From: an uncultured Bacteroidia bacterium
GTDB taxonomy: Bacteria > Bacteroidota > Bacteroidia > Bacteroidales > UBA932
Length of the DNA: 64,000 bases
NCBI GenBank assembly: GCA_902769525.1
Contig: CACXPG010000006.1
Location: forward strand, 12,432-76,431
Reading direction: 5' to 3'
Under the pieces are notes generated by a model. It had not been told where the DNA came from, did not search any database, and worked only from the letters and a program-made list of their open reading frames with translations. The translations under genes were made by a program, and so were the position numbers. Positions within the stretch are counted from its first letter, which is position 1. Each line of letters begins with the position of its first letter. Below are positions 27,822 to 35,626 of the stretch, in pieces.

Positions 27822-29087
27822 ATGAATTGTAGGTGTGGCAAAGAATATATTCCTAAAGATTCAATTATTTGTCCGAATTGCGGTAAAGTTTTAACGAATG
27901 TTTGCAGGAATGGAAAATATGGTCTGATAGGTACAAAAGGGGATGTTATCATTCCTTGTGTTTATGAAGAATTTGGTTATTTGGTAAATGGTATGGTAAT
28001 GGTTAAAAGGGATGGAAAATATGGATTCATAAACTCAAAAGGGGAAGAAACCGTATCGTGCATATATGATAAAGCATATCAATTCAGAGAGTGTGGTTTA
28101 GCCAATGTATACAAAGATGGGAAATGTGGATTAGTTGATACTGAAGGTAATTTGGTTGTTCCACTTTCTGATTACGATTATATTCTGGCAAAAACAGAAA
28201 AATTTTATGAAATTACTAAAAGTAGATTAAAAGGGGTTTATAAATCTGGAGTAGGGGAAATACTTCCATGTGATTATGACAAGACAGAGTTGTTTATTGA
28301 TGATGGGTATATCTTTGTAAAAAAAGATGGCCTTTATGGATTAATAAGCCTTGATGGGAAATTGAAGGTTCCCTGCAGTTATCGATGTTTGTCTCCAACA
28401 AGAATAGTTAATGGTCTTTTCTATGTAAAGTGTAATGCACATTATTGGGGATTAATTGATGAGAATAATCGAGAGATCTTAAGATGTGTATATGATAAAA
28501 TAGATGTATTAAATGATAATCTTATTAGCGTAGAAATCAATGGAATGAGTGGTTTCATAGATTTGTCCGAAGAAATTATGCCCCACAATTCTGTAATTTT
28601 TTGCGATATGGTAGCACGGGGCAATAAAGATGGCGAGGCTTTTTTTATAGATGACGCTGGTAATGTTTATTCCAACAGAATGTCACAATGCAGAGGTTTT
28701 AGTGTAGGAGAAAGAGAAGAATGGTTTTTTGGAGATGTTCTTGTTGTAAGAAAATCTTTATCATATGCTGTTTATGATAAAATGGGAAGAGCAATTGTTC
28801 CTTTTGATAAATATGGTTACATAGATTTCTTTTATAAGGGACTTGCACGTGTTCGTGCTAATAGCGAAAACCCTACAATAGTCAATCTCAATGGAAGAGC
28901 GATTAGATTACTTGATAATATAGATGATTGCAAATGGGGCATTATTAACATGCTGGGCGAGGAGGTTCTTCCTGCTGAATATGATAGAATTTGGCGCTTT
29001 TCTGGTAAGGTTTTCCCTACAATAATCGCAGAAAAAGATGGGACAATTAAGCATATTCCATATGAAGATTTAAATCATTATTTGTAG
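27822..29087 (+). CDS. zinc-ribbon / WG (KWG)-repeat protein
   Basis: N-terminal CRCG-x11-CPNCG. About 8-10 degenerate repeats of the type DGKYGFINSKGEE / DGKCGLVDTEGNLVVP / CKWGIINMLGEEVLP. Confidence 0.7.
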   Translation: MNCRCGKEYIPKDSIICPNCGKVLTNVCRNGKYGLIGTKGDVIIPCVYEEFGYLVNGMVMVKRDGKYGFINSKGEETVSCIYDKAYQFRECGLANVYKDGKCGLVDTEGNLVVPLSDYDYILAKTEKFYEITKSRLKGVYKSGVGEILPCDYDKTELFIDDGYIFVKKDGLYGLISLDGKLKVPCSYRCLSPTRIVNGLFYVKCNAHYWGLIDENNREILRCVYDKIDVLNDNLISVEINGMSGFIDLSEEIMPHNSVIFCDMVARGNKDGEAFFIDDAGNVYSNRMSQCRGFSVGEREEWFFGDVLVVRKSLSYAVYDKMGRAIVPFDKYGYIDFFYKGLARVRANSENPTIVNLNGRAIRLLDNIDDCKWGIINMLGEEVLPAEYDRIWRFSGKVFPTIIAEKDGTIKHIPYEDLNHYL

Positions 29088-29204
29088 GCACTGTCCTAGA
29101 GTTTGTTTAAGAGGTTAACCTATGAGTATAATTGTGAGAATAGAACATGTAGAAACATATATTATAGTTATCTGTTGACGTAAATAATTGAAATTAAACT
29201 AAAT

Positions 29205-29243
29205 AAAAGATTGGTTGTGTTTTGCGAGTATCCAATCTTTTTT
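29205..29243 (+). terminator. hairpin plus T-run after the WG-repeat gene
   Basis: 10-bp stem aaaagattgg/ccaatctttt with a 17-nt loop, running into TTTTTT. Confidence 0.55.
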
Positions 29244-29260
29244 ATATCTTTGTACAGTTC

Positions 29261-29283
29261 AAAAGGGAGATTCTCTCCCTTTT
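29261..29283. terminator. tight hairpin, likely terminator of the minus-strand hicAB operon
   Basis: Perfect 10-bp stem aaaagggaga/tctccctttt with a 3-nt loop. T-runs on both strands. Confidence 0.5.
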
Positions 29284-29317
29284 CTTATGCAGTAAGTGAC
29301 ACTTTTCTGGATAGCCC

Positions 29318-29722
29318 TTAAAACATAGACACAGACAGAAGCCTGCGTCCCAAGTCGTGAAGAGCATTCTCTATTTTCTTGACCTGCTTGTCTGAAATAG
29401 GGAAATCGCCGCATTTATAATGCCTGAGCAAAGATGAGTTGACTCCCGCCATTTTTGCGAATTTAGTGGTGTTGATTACATCCAGTTCATCAAATACTGA
29501 AGATACGTCATATCTGAATTCAAACTTGGGATTCAACATTTCATCGGGGATTTTCAGTCCTCTATCAGGATATATGCTTTTGATTTCTTCCCAAGAGTTA
29601 AAGAAATCTGTTTTTGCTTCCTCAACACTTTTCCCTTCGCCAATAATCACACCATGCTTCAGGTTATCGGTGTAAACGGAAAAACCTTTGTCGTCTTTTT
29701 CTATTAATACTCTGACTGTCAT
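29318..29722 (-). CDS. hicB: HicB family antitoxin with C-terminal HTH
   Basis: The N-terminus VLIEKDDKGFSVYTDNL..IGEGKSVEEA is HicB-like. The C-terminal FAKMAGVNSSLLRHYK is an HTH. Sits directly downstream of hicA. Confidence 0.85.
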   Translation of the reverse strand: MTVRVLIEKDDKGFSVYTDNLKHGVIIGEGKSVEEAKTDFFNSWEEIKSIYPDRGLKIPDEMLNPKFEFRYDVSSVFDELDVINTTKFAKMAGVNSSLLRHYKCGDFPISDKQVKKIENALHDLGRRLLSVSMF

Positions 29723-29758
29723 AATAACTAGTATTTGTTGAGCAAATACGATTTCCGA

Positions 29759-29944
29759 TTAAAAACCGATTTGCTTTTTCAATTTTGCTAAAAGCCCTTT
29801 TCTTATTTCAGAATTCCAGTGTCTTTCAATCTGAAGATAATCTTCTGGCCTGTCCTTGTGAACATAGATGTCATGATTGCTCCCGTGTCTATGTAAAACA
29901 AAGCCTTTTTCTTTGGCAATCTTTAGCAGTTCATTCCATTTCAT
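29759..29944 (-). CDS. hicA: HicA family mRNA-interferase toxin
   Basis: 61 aa, LLKIAKEKGFVLHRHGSNHDIYVH... typical YcfA/HicA fold sequence. Confidence 0.9.
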   Translation of the reverse strand: MKWNELLKIAKEKGFVLHRHGSNHDIYVHKDRPEDYLQIERHWNSEIRKGLLAKLKKQIGF

Positions 29945-30176
29945 TTTATAGTGACAATGTAAAGGTAACGCATTTATGCGATATTCGAATAATTCTCGAA
30001 ACTTTTTTCTGCCACGATATTAAACAGATTATTCTTTGAATGGATGCCAAACGATACAATAGACTGTGTCCGCCCCCAAAGTTTTTACGTTAACGCTTCC
30101 CCCAGCCATTTTATCTGTCGTTAGAGTATATTTCTTATATTTACACTCAGAAAGAAACTATTAAAAACAAACAAAG

Positions 30177-30671
30177 ATGAAAGCCACACTTAGAGTTACT
30201 GTTGTCATGATGATCATGGCATTTCTGTTCTCCTCTTTGAAGCCCAATGTAGTTTACGGGCAGAAAGCAACGTTCAAGAACTGCAGTCTTGAGATGAACG
30301 TGAAAGACAATAATGGAAAGAAGAAAATGGTATGCCATTTCTCAGCCGATTTTACGGGAATGAAAAAGCATGATGTCCAGATTTATATGGAAATTGAAAG
30401 TCCAAAAGGCACTCTACACGAGTATCTGGATGATGATGAAGGAGGTGAGGGAAGTATGCGTTTACCTGTCCAGAAGGTCAAGAACTTCAAAAACAAGAAC
30501 AAGACAGACAAATTTGTGCTCAATGACAAAATCATCTGGATGTTTAACTCAGATCTTCACCCTAAGAAGGGCAAGCACACTTATTATGTACGCCTTGTCG
30601 CTTACGATGCCCAGACCTATGATGAAATAGGGCACTCTAACTACATGTCATACACAATGACCGGGAAGTAA
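30177..30671 (+). CDS. hypothetical secreted protein
   Basis: Signal-like N-terminus (MMIMAFLFSSLKPNVVYGQ). No recognisable domain. Confidence 0.55.
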   Translation: MKATLRVTVVMMIMAFLFSSLKPNVVYGQKATFKNCSLEMNVKDNNGKKKMVCHFSADFTGMKKHDVQIYMEIESPKGTLHEYLDDDEGGEGSMRLPVQKVKNFKNKNKTDKFVLNDKIIWMFNSDLHPKKGKHTYYVRLVAYDAQTYDEIGHSNYMSYTMTGK

Positions 30672-30806
30672 CATTTTTTTCGTTTATTGATATTCCAGCC
30701 CTTTGACCGCTATCCCGATGTTGATTGGGATGTGCTGCATTTTGCCTAGGGCGTTTTCTCTGAGATAGCTGCTTTTCAGGTAAGGCCGCCGTTTGACGGA
30801 AAAGAA

Positions 30807-30842
30807 ATCCCCGAGACGTTTGCCTCGGGGATCTGTTTTTTT
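30807..30842. terminator. bidirectional rho-independent terminator
   Basis: 9-bp GC-rich stem atccccgag/ctcggggat with an 8-nt loop. T7 run on the plus strand and a T-rich tail on the minus strand. Lies between convergent genes. Confidence 0.65.
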
Positions 30843-30875
30843 CTTATTTAAGTTTTGTCTGTGTCTTTACTGATT

Positions 30876-31247
30876 CTAGAGCTTGTCGAAATCAACATCG
30901 GTGAAGTCGTTTCTCTCTGCCTGAGGAGCGGCGTTGTCAGAAGGTTCTGTGTAAACTCTCTCCTGGACAGGGCATTTTTCCTTTATGAACTGTACAACTT
31001 CCTGCAATCCGGCGGCGAACTTCTCGAAATCTTCCTTGTAGAGGAAAATCTTGTGCTTGTCGTATGAAAAGCGTCCGTCCTTCTCCACTTTGCGCTTGCT
31101 CTCTGTTATGGTCAGATAGTAGTCGTTGTTCTTTGTGGCCTTTACATCGAAGAAGTATGTCCTCTTGCCGGCTCTTACAGGCCTAGAATAAATATCATCC
31201 CCACTTTTCTCCTGTGAGAAAGCATTGTCAAAATCTTCTTGATACAT
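30876..31247 (-). CDS. DUF3276 (PUR-alpha-like ssDNA/RNA-binding) protein
   Basis: RPVRAGKRTYFFDVKATKNNDYYLTITESKR...KIFLYKEDF is the characteristic conserved Bacteroidetes sequence. Confidence 0.8.
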   Translation of the reverse strand: MYQEDFDNAFSQEKSGDDIYSRPVRAGKRTYFFDVKATKNNDYYLTITESKRKVEKDGRFSYDKHKIFLYKEDFEKFAAGLQEVVQFIKEKCPVQERVYTEPSDNAAPQAERNDFTDVDFDKL

Positions 31248-31302
31248 AATCGTGTATTTTTAAATTCGGTAGACAAAGATAAGATATTTTTGTGTAATTG
31301 AG

Positions 31303-31310
31303 TATATTTG
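31303..31310 (+). promoter_or_regulatory. -7 box (TATATTTG) upstream of nusB
   Basis: TAnnTTTG match 24 nt before the ATG at 31334. A second match, TATTTTTG, lies at 31285-31292. Confidence 0.4.
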
Positions 31311-31333
31311 TAGAATATTTAACCCTAGAGCAA

Positions 31334-32281
31334 ATGATTAGCAGGACACTTATACGAATTAAGGCTTTTAAAGAGCTGTACAGCAGGATAACCACGGGTT
31401 CGACAGACACCAAAGCCGCTGAATCTGAATTGATGCAGTCCTTTGTGCAGACTCAGAGGCTATGGGGCTTGATGGCGCTGCTGCCTTCGGCTCTGGCGAT
31501 GGTTGCAGAAGACAAGATCATCACCCAGAACCGCAAATTCAACCCGGACAAGGGCGTTATTGAGCAGAACAGCAAGTTTGCCTCAAATGCTCTTTCTGCG
31601 ATTACACGTGCGGATTCTGTTTTTGTAAACTGGTGCAACAATCAGGGAATCAGCTGGATGGACTTCGAGACATCTCTAAAGGCCATATACTCGGGCATGG
31701 TTTCCAAGGAGTATTTCCAGGATTATCTGGGCATAGAGAATCCTTCCAGGGAAGACGCGGTGAAGCTCTTCCGCCACATCTATTCAGAGGAGCTTTCCGG
31801 AAACGAGGTTCTGGAAGACGCTCTGGAAAACAGCAATATCTGGTGGACGGAGGATCTTGAATATGTACTGAACAAGATTCTGGACAGGCTTCCTTCCGTT
31901 GCCGCTTCGGGCCACGTGGAGATTCCGCAGATCTTTGACGACAAGCAGGACGAGGAGTTTGCAAAGAAGCTTGTGGGAGTGGTGCTGGTGAATTTCGACG
32001 ACCTGGCCGAAACCATATCTTCCTATATGACAAACTGGGAAGTGGGCAGGGTAGTCCAGTCAGATATCCTGATTGTGGCTATGGGAATCGCCGAGGCTCA
32101 GACTTTCAGCAGCATTCCGGTAAAGGTCACCATAAACGAGTATGTGGAGCTGAGCAAGAACTTCTCCACTCCAAAGAGCTATTCGTTTGTAAACGGCCTG
32201 CTTAACAAGATATTGAAGGAAATGCTCGCTGACGGCAGGATCCAGAAAGACCCTAGAGGCATGATAGGCGGACTTTACTGA
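31334..32281 (+). CDS. nusB: transcription antitermination factor NusB (long Bacteroidetes form)
   Basis: ATG at 31334 gives MISRTLIRIKAFKELY. The C-terminal NusB core is NWEVGRV..D..I...GIAE...F..IP..V.INEYVELSK...FVNGLL. Confidence 0.85.
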   Translation: MISRTLIRIKAFKELYSRITTGSTDTKAAESELMQSFVQTQRLWGLMALLPSALAMVAEDKIITQNRKFNPDKGVIEQNSKFASNALSAITRADSVFVNWCNNQGISWMDFETSLKAIYSGMVSKEYFQDYLGIENPSREDAVKLFRHIYSEELSGNEVLEDALENSNIWWTEDLEYVLNKILDRLPSVAASGHVEIPQIFDDKQDEEFAKKLVGVVLVNFDDLAETISSYMTNWEVGRVVQSDILIVAMGIAEAQTFSSIPVKVTINEYVELSKNFSTPKSYSFVNGLLNKILKEMLADGRIQKDPRGMIGGLY

Positions 32282-32322
32282 TTTTTATCGCGATAATATT
32301 AACAAAACTAAAACATTAGAAT

Positions 32323-32640
32323 ATGAATTTTTTGACAATTGCACTTCAGGCTCAGCCTGCACAGCAGGGTGGTGGCGGACTTTCCCTTATTATCATGATG
32401 GTTGCCATTTTTGCCATTATGTACTTCCTTATGATCCGTCCGCAGCAGAAGAAGCAGAAAGAACTGCAGAGGTTCCGCAACGAGCTCAAGAGAGGCGACA
32501 AGGTGATTACCATAGGCGGTATCTACGGCATCATTGACGAGATCAACGACAATCACGTTTTGATGATTGTGGACAAGAATGTCCGTATCAAGGTTGCCAA
32601 GAGCTCTATCGTAAGAGACTTTTCAGACGTTCAGCAGTAA
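32323..32640 (+). CDS. yajC: preprotein translocase subunit YajC
   Basis: 105 aa with one TM helix, then IRPQQKKQKE...GDKVITIGGIYG. Confidence 0.9.
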   Translation: MNFLTIALQAQPAQQGGGGLSLIIMMVAIFAIMYFLMIRPQQKKQKELQRFRNELKRGDKVITIGGIYGIIDEINDNHVLMIVDKNVRIKVAKSSIVRDFSDVQQ

Positions 32641-32655
32641 TAGAGGGTTTTATCC

Positions 32656-33639
32656 TTGGAAGCGGAAAGGCAAAACGGCTCGCGTGACAGAAGATGGGGC
32701 GGGAATCTGATCGTTCTGGTCATATCCCTGCTGCTGGCTCTTGTGGTGTGGGGAGTTATGAAACTCTCCGCCAGCTACCGCTATCTCTACCATTATCAGG
32801 TGGAGATATCTTCTCCGATGGAAGGCCGGGTGCTGAAGTCCGTTTCCAAAGATCCGGTAACCTTCAGGGGCAGCTCCTCCGGATTTTTTCTTCTGCGATA
32901 CAAATACTCTCTGCACAAGAGAAGCAACATTCTCTCGTTCAGGGTGAATCCTTCTGTGCTGAAACCTCTTCCTGGAGTTGAGGACGCGTTTTACTTCAAC
33001 TCGTTGATTCTCAAGGACTGGATTTCAGAGATGCTGGACGAGTCTGTGACGGTGGACGATATAGTTTCTGACACCCTGGTTTTCATTATCCCAAAGTCTT
33101 TCCAGAAGAAAGTTCCGGTATGCCTTCACTCGGACTTGACTTTCTCTCCCCAGTATATGCCTCTGGAAATGGTTGCGCTGGTGCCGGATTCTGTTTATAT
33201 AACCGGCGAGGAGAGTATAGTATCCGGCATAGATTCGGTTTTCACTGAAAAAGTGATGGGAAGGAACCTGACGAGGACATTCCAGGGAGTGGCCGGTATA
33301 GAGCCGATTCCGGGAGTGGAGATAAGCGAGAATGAAACGGTCTACAGCCTGAAGGTCGGACGGTACGTGGAACGGGCGGTGGAAGTGGATATCCAGGCCA
33401 GGAATGTGCCGCCGGGAAGCCGGATGGTGCTTGTCCCTTCATCTGTAAAAGCCGTTTTCAGAGAGGAATACGGAAGAAAGAAACCGCTTGAAAAAGAAGA
33501 CTTCATCGCTTATGTGGACTACGGAGAGGCATCGTTGTCCGAGTCCGGAAAGGCAAAGGTGAAGATGGACTGGATGCCTGAGGGCGTACTTAAGATTTCT
33601 TTGGATCCGCCTTTTGTAGACAGGATAATCGTGGAGTAA
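32656..33639 (+). CDS. YbbR-like domain protein (start uncertain; TTG at 32656)
   Basis: N-terminal TM helix plus repeated beta-rich segments. Conserved yajC-ybbR-coaE order. Assignment is from synteny and memory. Confidence 0.55.
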   Translation: MEAERQNGSRDRRWGGNLIVLVISLLLALVVWGVMKLSASYRYLYHYQVEISSPMEGRVLKSVSKDPVTFRGSSSGFFLLRYKYSLHKRSNILSFRVNPSVLKPLPGVEDAFYFNSLILKDWISEMLDESVTVDDIVSDTLVFIIPKSFQKKVPVCLHSDLTFSPQYMPLEMVALVPDSVYITGEESIVSGIDSVFTEKVMGRNLTRTFQGVAGIEPIPGVEISENETVYSLKVGRYVERAVEVDIQARNVPPGSRMVLVPSSVKAVFREEYGRKKPLEKEDFIAYVDYGEASLSESGKAKVKMDWMPEGVLKISLDPPFVDRIIVE

Positions 33640-33640
33640 A

Positions 33641-34237
33641 ATGGCCAAGGTGCTGGGCGTAACGGGAGGAATAGGCTCCGGAAAGAGCTATGTGTGCAAG
33701 GTTTTTGCATCACTTGGCTGCGCCGTGTACGATTCCGATTCCCGCACCAAGCAGCTCTATGACGAGAATCCGGACTTGCTCACGGGGCTGGCCGGGCTGC
33801 TGGGGACAGGAATCCTGAAGATTAAAGGCGGGAAGGTGGTGCTGGACAAGAAGGCTATGGCCGCCAGGATATTCAGCAGCAAGTCCCTGATGGAAAAGGT
33901 GAAGGAATATGTCTATCCGTTCGTGATGGAGGACTTCAGGAAATGGAAAAGGTGGAAAAGAGGGGTTGTGCTGTTTGAAAGCGCAGTTATACTGGAGAAC
34001 GACTATGTCCGTGGCTTTATGGACAAGACGCTGGTCGTGACGGCTCCTCTGGAAGAGCGGATCGCGAGAGTTATGAAAAGGGACAACAGTTCCTTGCAGG
34101 AAGTGAAGCGCAGGCTCAGAAGCCAGTGCTCAGACGAGGAGAGGATCGCCAAGGCTGATTTTGTGATAGAGTCTGTGGACGGCTCTGACATAGAGGCTGA
34201 GGCCAGGCAGATACTAAGAAAGATGTTAAACAAGTAG
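33641..34237 (+). CDS. coaE: dephospho-CoA kinase
   Basis: P-loop VTGGIGSGKSYV; 198 aa. Confidence 0.9.
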   Translation: MAKVLGVTGGIGSGKSYVCKVFASLGCAVYDSDSRTKQLYDENPDLLTGLAGLLGTGILKIKGGKVVLDKKAMAARIFSSKSLMEKVKEYVYPFVMEDFRKWKRWKRGVVLFESAVILENDYVRGFMDKTLVVTAPLEERIARVMKRDNSSLQEVKRRLRSQCSDEERIAKADFVIESVDGSDIEAEARQILRKMLNK

Positions 34238-34253
34238 CAGACGCTGCAATTAT

Positions 34254-35039
34254 ATGATATTCAAGTTTATATTAGGAGCGATAGGCTGGGCTGCCGGTGG
34301 ATTTATCGGTGCTCTGGTGGGCTATTTTGTAGGTTCTGCCATAGACGGTGCCACTACCCAAAAGCGAATCGGCTCCGGTTCTTCCGGCGGGGGTTATTCT
34401 ACAGGTGGCGGCTATTCCACAGGCGGAGGATATACCAGGCGTCCATATTCCACGACCGAGCAGCGCAACAGCTTCCTTATCAGCCTTCTGGTTCTTTCCA
34501 CGGCCGTAATGAAGGCAGACGGGAAAGTCCTCAAGTCTGAGCTTAACTACATAAAGGAGTTCATCCGTTCCAATTTCGGGGACAATGCGGTAAATGACTG
34601 TCTCCAGATAATCAGGAAACTCCTGCAGCAGAACATAGACGTACCTCAGGCCTGTGCCCAGATAAAGTTGAACATGATATCGTCTCAGAGGCTCCAGCTG
34701 TTCCATTATCTGTTGGGCATAGCCCAGGCGGACGGGCAGGTTTCTCCGGAAGAGAGCAGCCTGCTGTTTACCATAGGACGGAACCTGGGACTGAGCGAGA
34801 AGGATATCCGGAGCATAATGGGTATGTTCGAGCCTGAGAAAGACCCGTACAAGATTCTGGAGATAGACAAGACCGCCACCGATGAAGAGGTGAGGAAGGC
34901 TTACCGCCGTATGGCTGTCAAGTTCCATCCGGACAAGGTGGAAAACCTGGGAGCGGACGTAAAGAAGGCTGCCGAGGAGAAGTTCAAGAGCGTTCAGGCG
35001 GCCTACGAGCAGATAAAGAAAGAACGCGGAATGCGTTAA
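34254..35039 (+). CDS. TerB-like / J-domain membrane co-chaperone (DjlA-like)
   Basis: N-terminal TM helix, a GGGYSTGGGYSTGGGYT linker, a TerB-like middle and a C-terminal J domain with HPD (DPYKILE...KFHPDK). Confidence 0.85.
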   Translation: MIFKFILGAIGWAAGGFIGALVGYFVGSAIDGATTQKRIGSGSSGGGYSTGGGYSTGGGYTRRPYSTTEQRNSFLISLLVLSTAVMKADGKVLKSELNYIKEFIRSNFGDNAVNDCLQIIRKLLQQNIDVPQACAQIKLNMISSQRLQLFHYLLGIAQADGQVSPEESSLLFTIGRNLGLSEKDIRSIMGMFEPEKDPYKILEIDKTATDEEVRKAYRRMAVKFHPDKVENLGADVKKAAEEKFKSVQAAYEQIKKERGMR

Positions 35040-35072
35040 CACAAAGGATTATAATCATAAACAGTTAGATAT

Positions 35073-35621
35073 ATGAAGACAGATTTAGGTAAAGTACTTA
35101 CAGTAAGCGGAGAGCAGGGGCTCTTCACATACGTTGCACAGGCTGCCAGGGGAGCTATTCTGGAGTCTATGCTTACCAAGAAAAGATTTGTTGCAGGCCC
35201 GTCTGTAAAGATGAGTGCGCTCAGCGATATCTCCATCTTCACCCAGGAGGGCGAGATGAAGCTCCAGGATGTTCTTACCGCAATGAAGAACAGTCTCGGC
35301 GACGAGAAGGCTCCAAGCGGAAAGAGCGCTCCTGAGGTTCTGAAGGAGTTCTTTGGAAAGATCGTCCCAGACTACGACGGAGAAAGGTTCTATCCTTCTC
35401 ACATGAAGAAAGTTGTGGAATGGTACAACTGCCTCAAGGAATACGCTTCTTTAGATTTCGAGACCGAGGAGGACAATGAAGCCAAAGCCGGCGAGAGCGA
35501 GGAGAGCGCCAAGACCGCTGCCTCAAAGCAGGCCAAGGAGGCTTCCAAGCATCAGGGAGCAAAGGTAAGCGCCAAGCAGGCAGCCCCTTCCAAGACTAAC
35601 GTTCCGAGAAAGGTTGTATAG
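35073..35621 (+). CDS. conserved hypothetical protein (DUF5606-like) with acidic/Lys-rich tail
   Basis: 182-aa ORF with backbone composition. The family name is from memory only. Confidence 0.5.
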   Translation: MKTDLGKVLTVSGEQGLFTYVAQAARGAILESMLTKKRFVAGPSVKMSALSDISIFTQEGEMKLQDVLTAMKNSLGDEKAPSGKSAPEVLKEFFGKIVPDYDGERFYPSHMKKVVEWYNCLKEYASLDFETEEDNEAKAGESEESAKTAASKQAKEASKHQGAKVSAKQAAPSKTNVPRKVV

Positions 35622-35626
35622 CGCCG

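Larger units (their letters stand above)
22830..30800. other. AT-rich accessory island adjacent to tRNA-Cys (defence-type cargo, no integrase seen)
   Basis: Composition drops visibly after about 22.9 kb. Cargo is R-M, hicAB and unknown genes. The backbone resumes with the DUF3276/nusB genes. Confidence 0.6.

Noticed and set aside
34380-34440. Short tandem nucleotide repeat
   Set aside because: It encodes the GGGYSTGGGYSTGGGYT linker of the TerB/J-domain protein. It is a coding low-complexity region, not a CRISPR array or a non-coding repeat array.
34272-35042. 256-aa minus-strand ORF
   Set aside because: It mirrors the TerB/J-domain gene almost end to end. The plus-strand product has a clear HPD J domain, while the minus-strand product has none.
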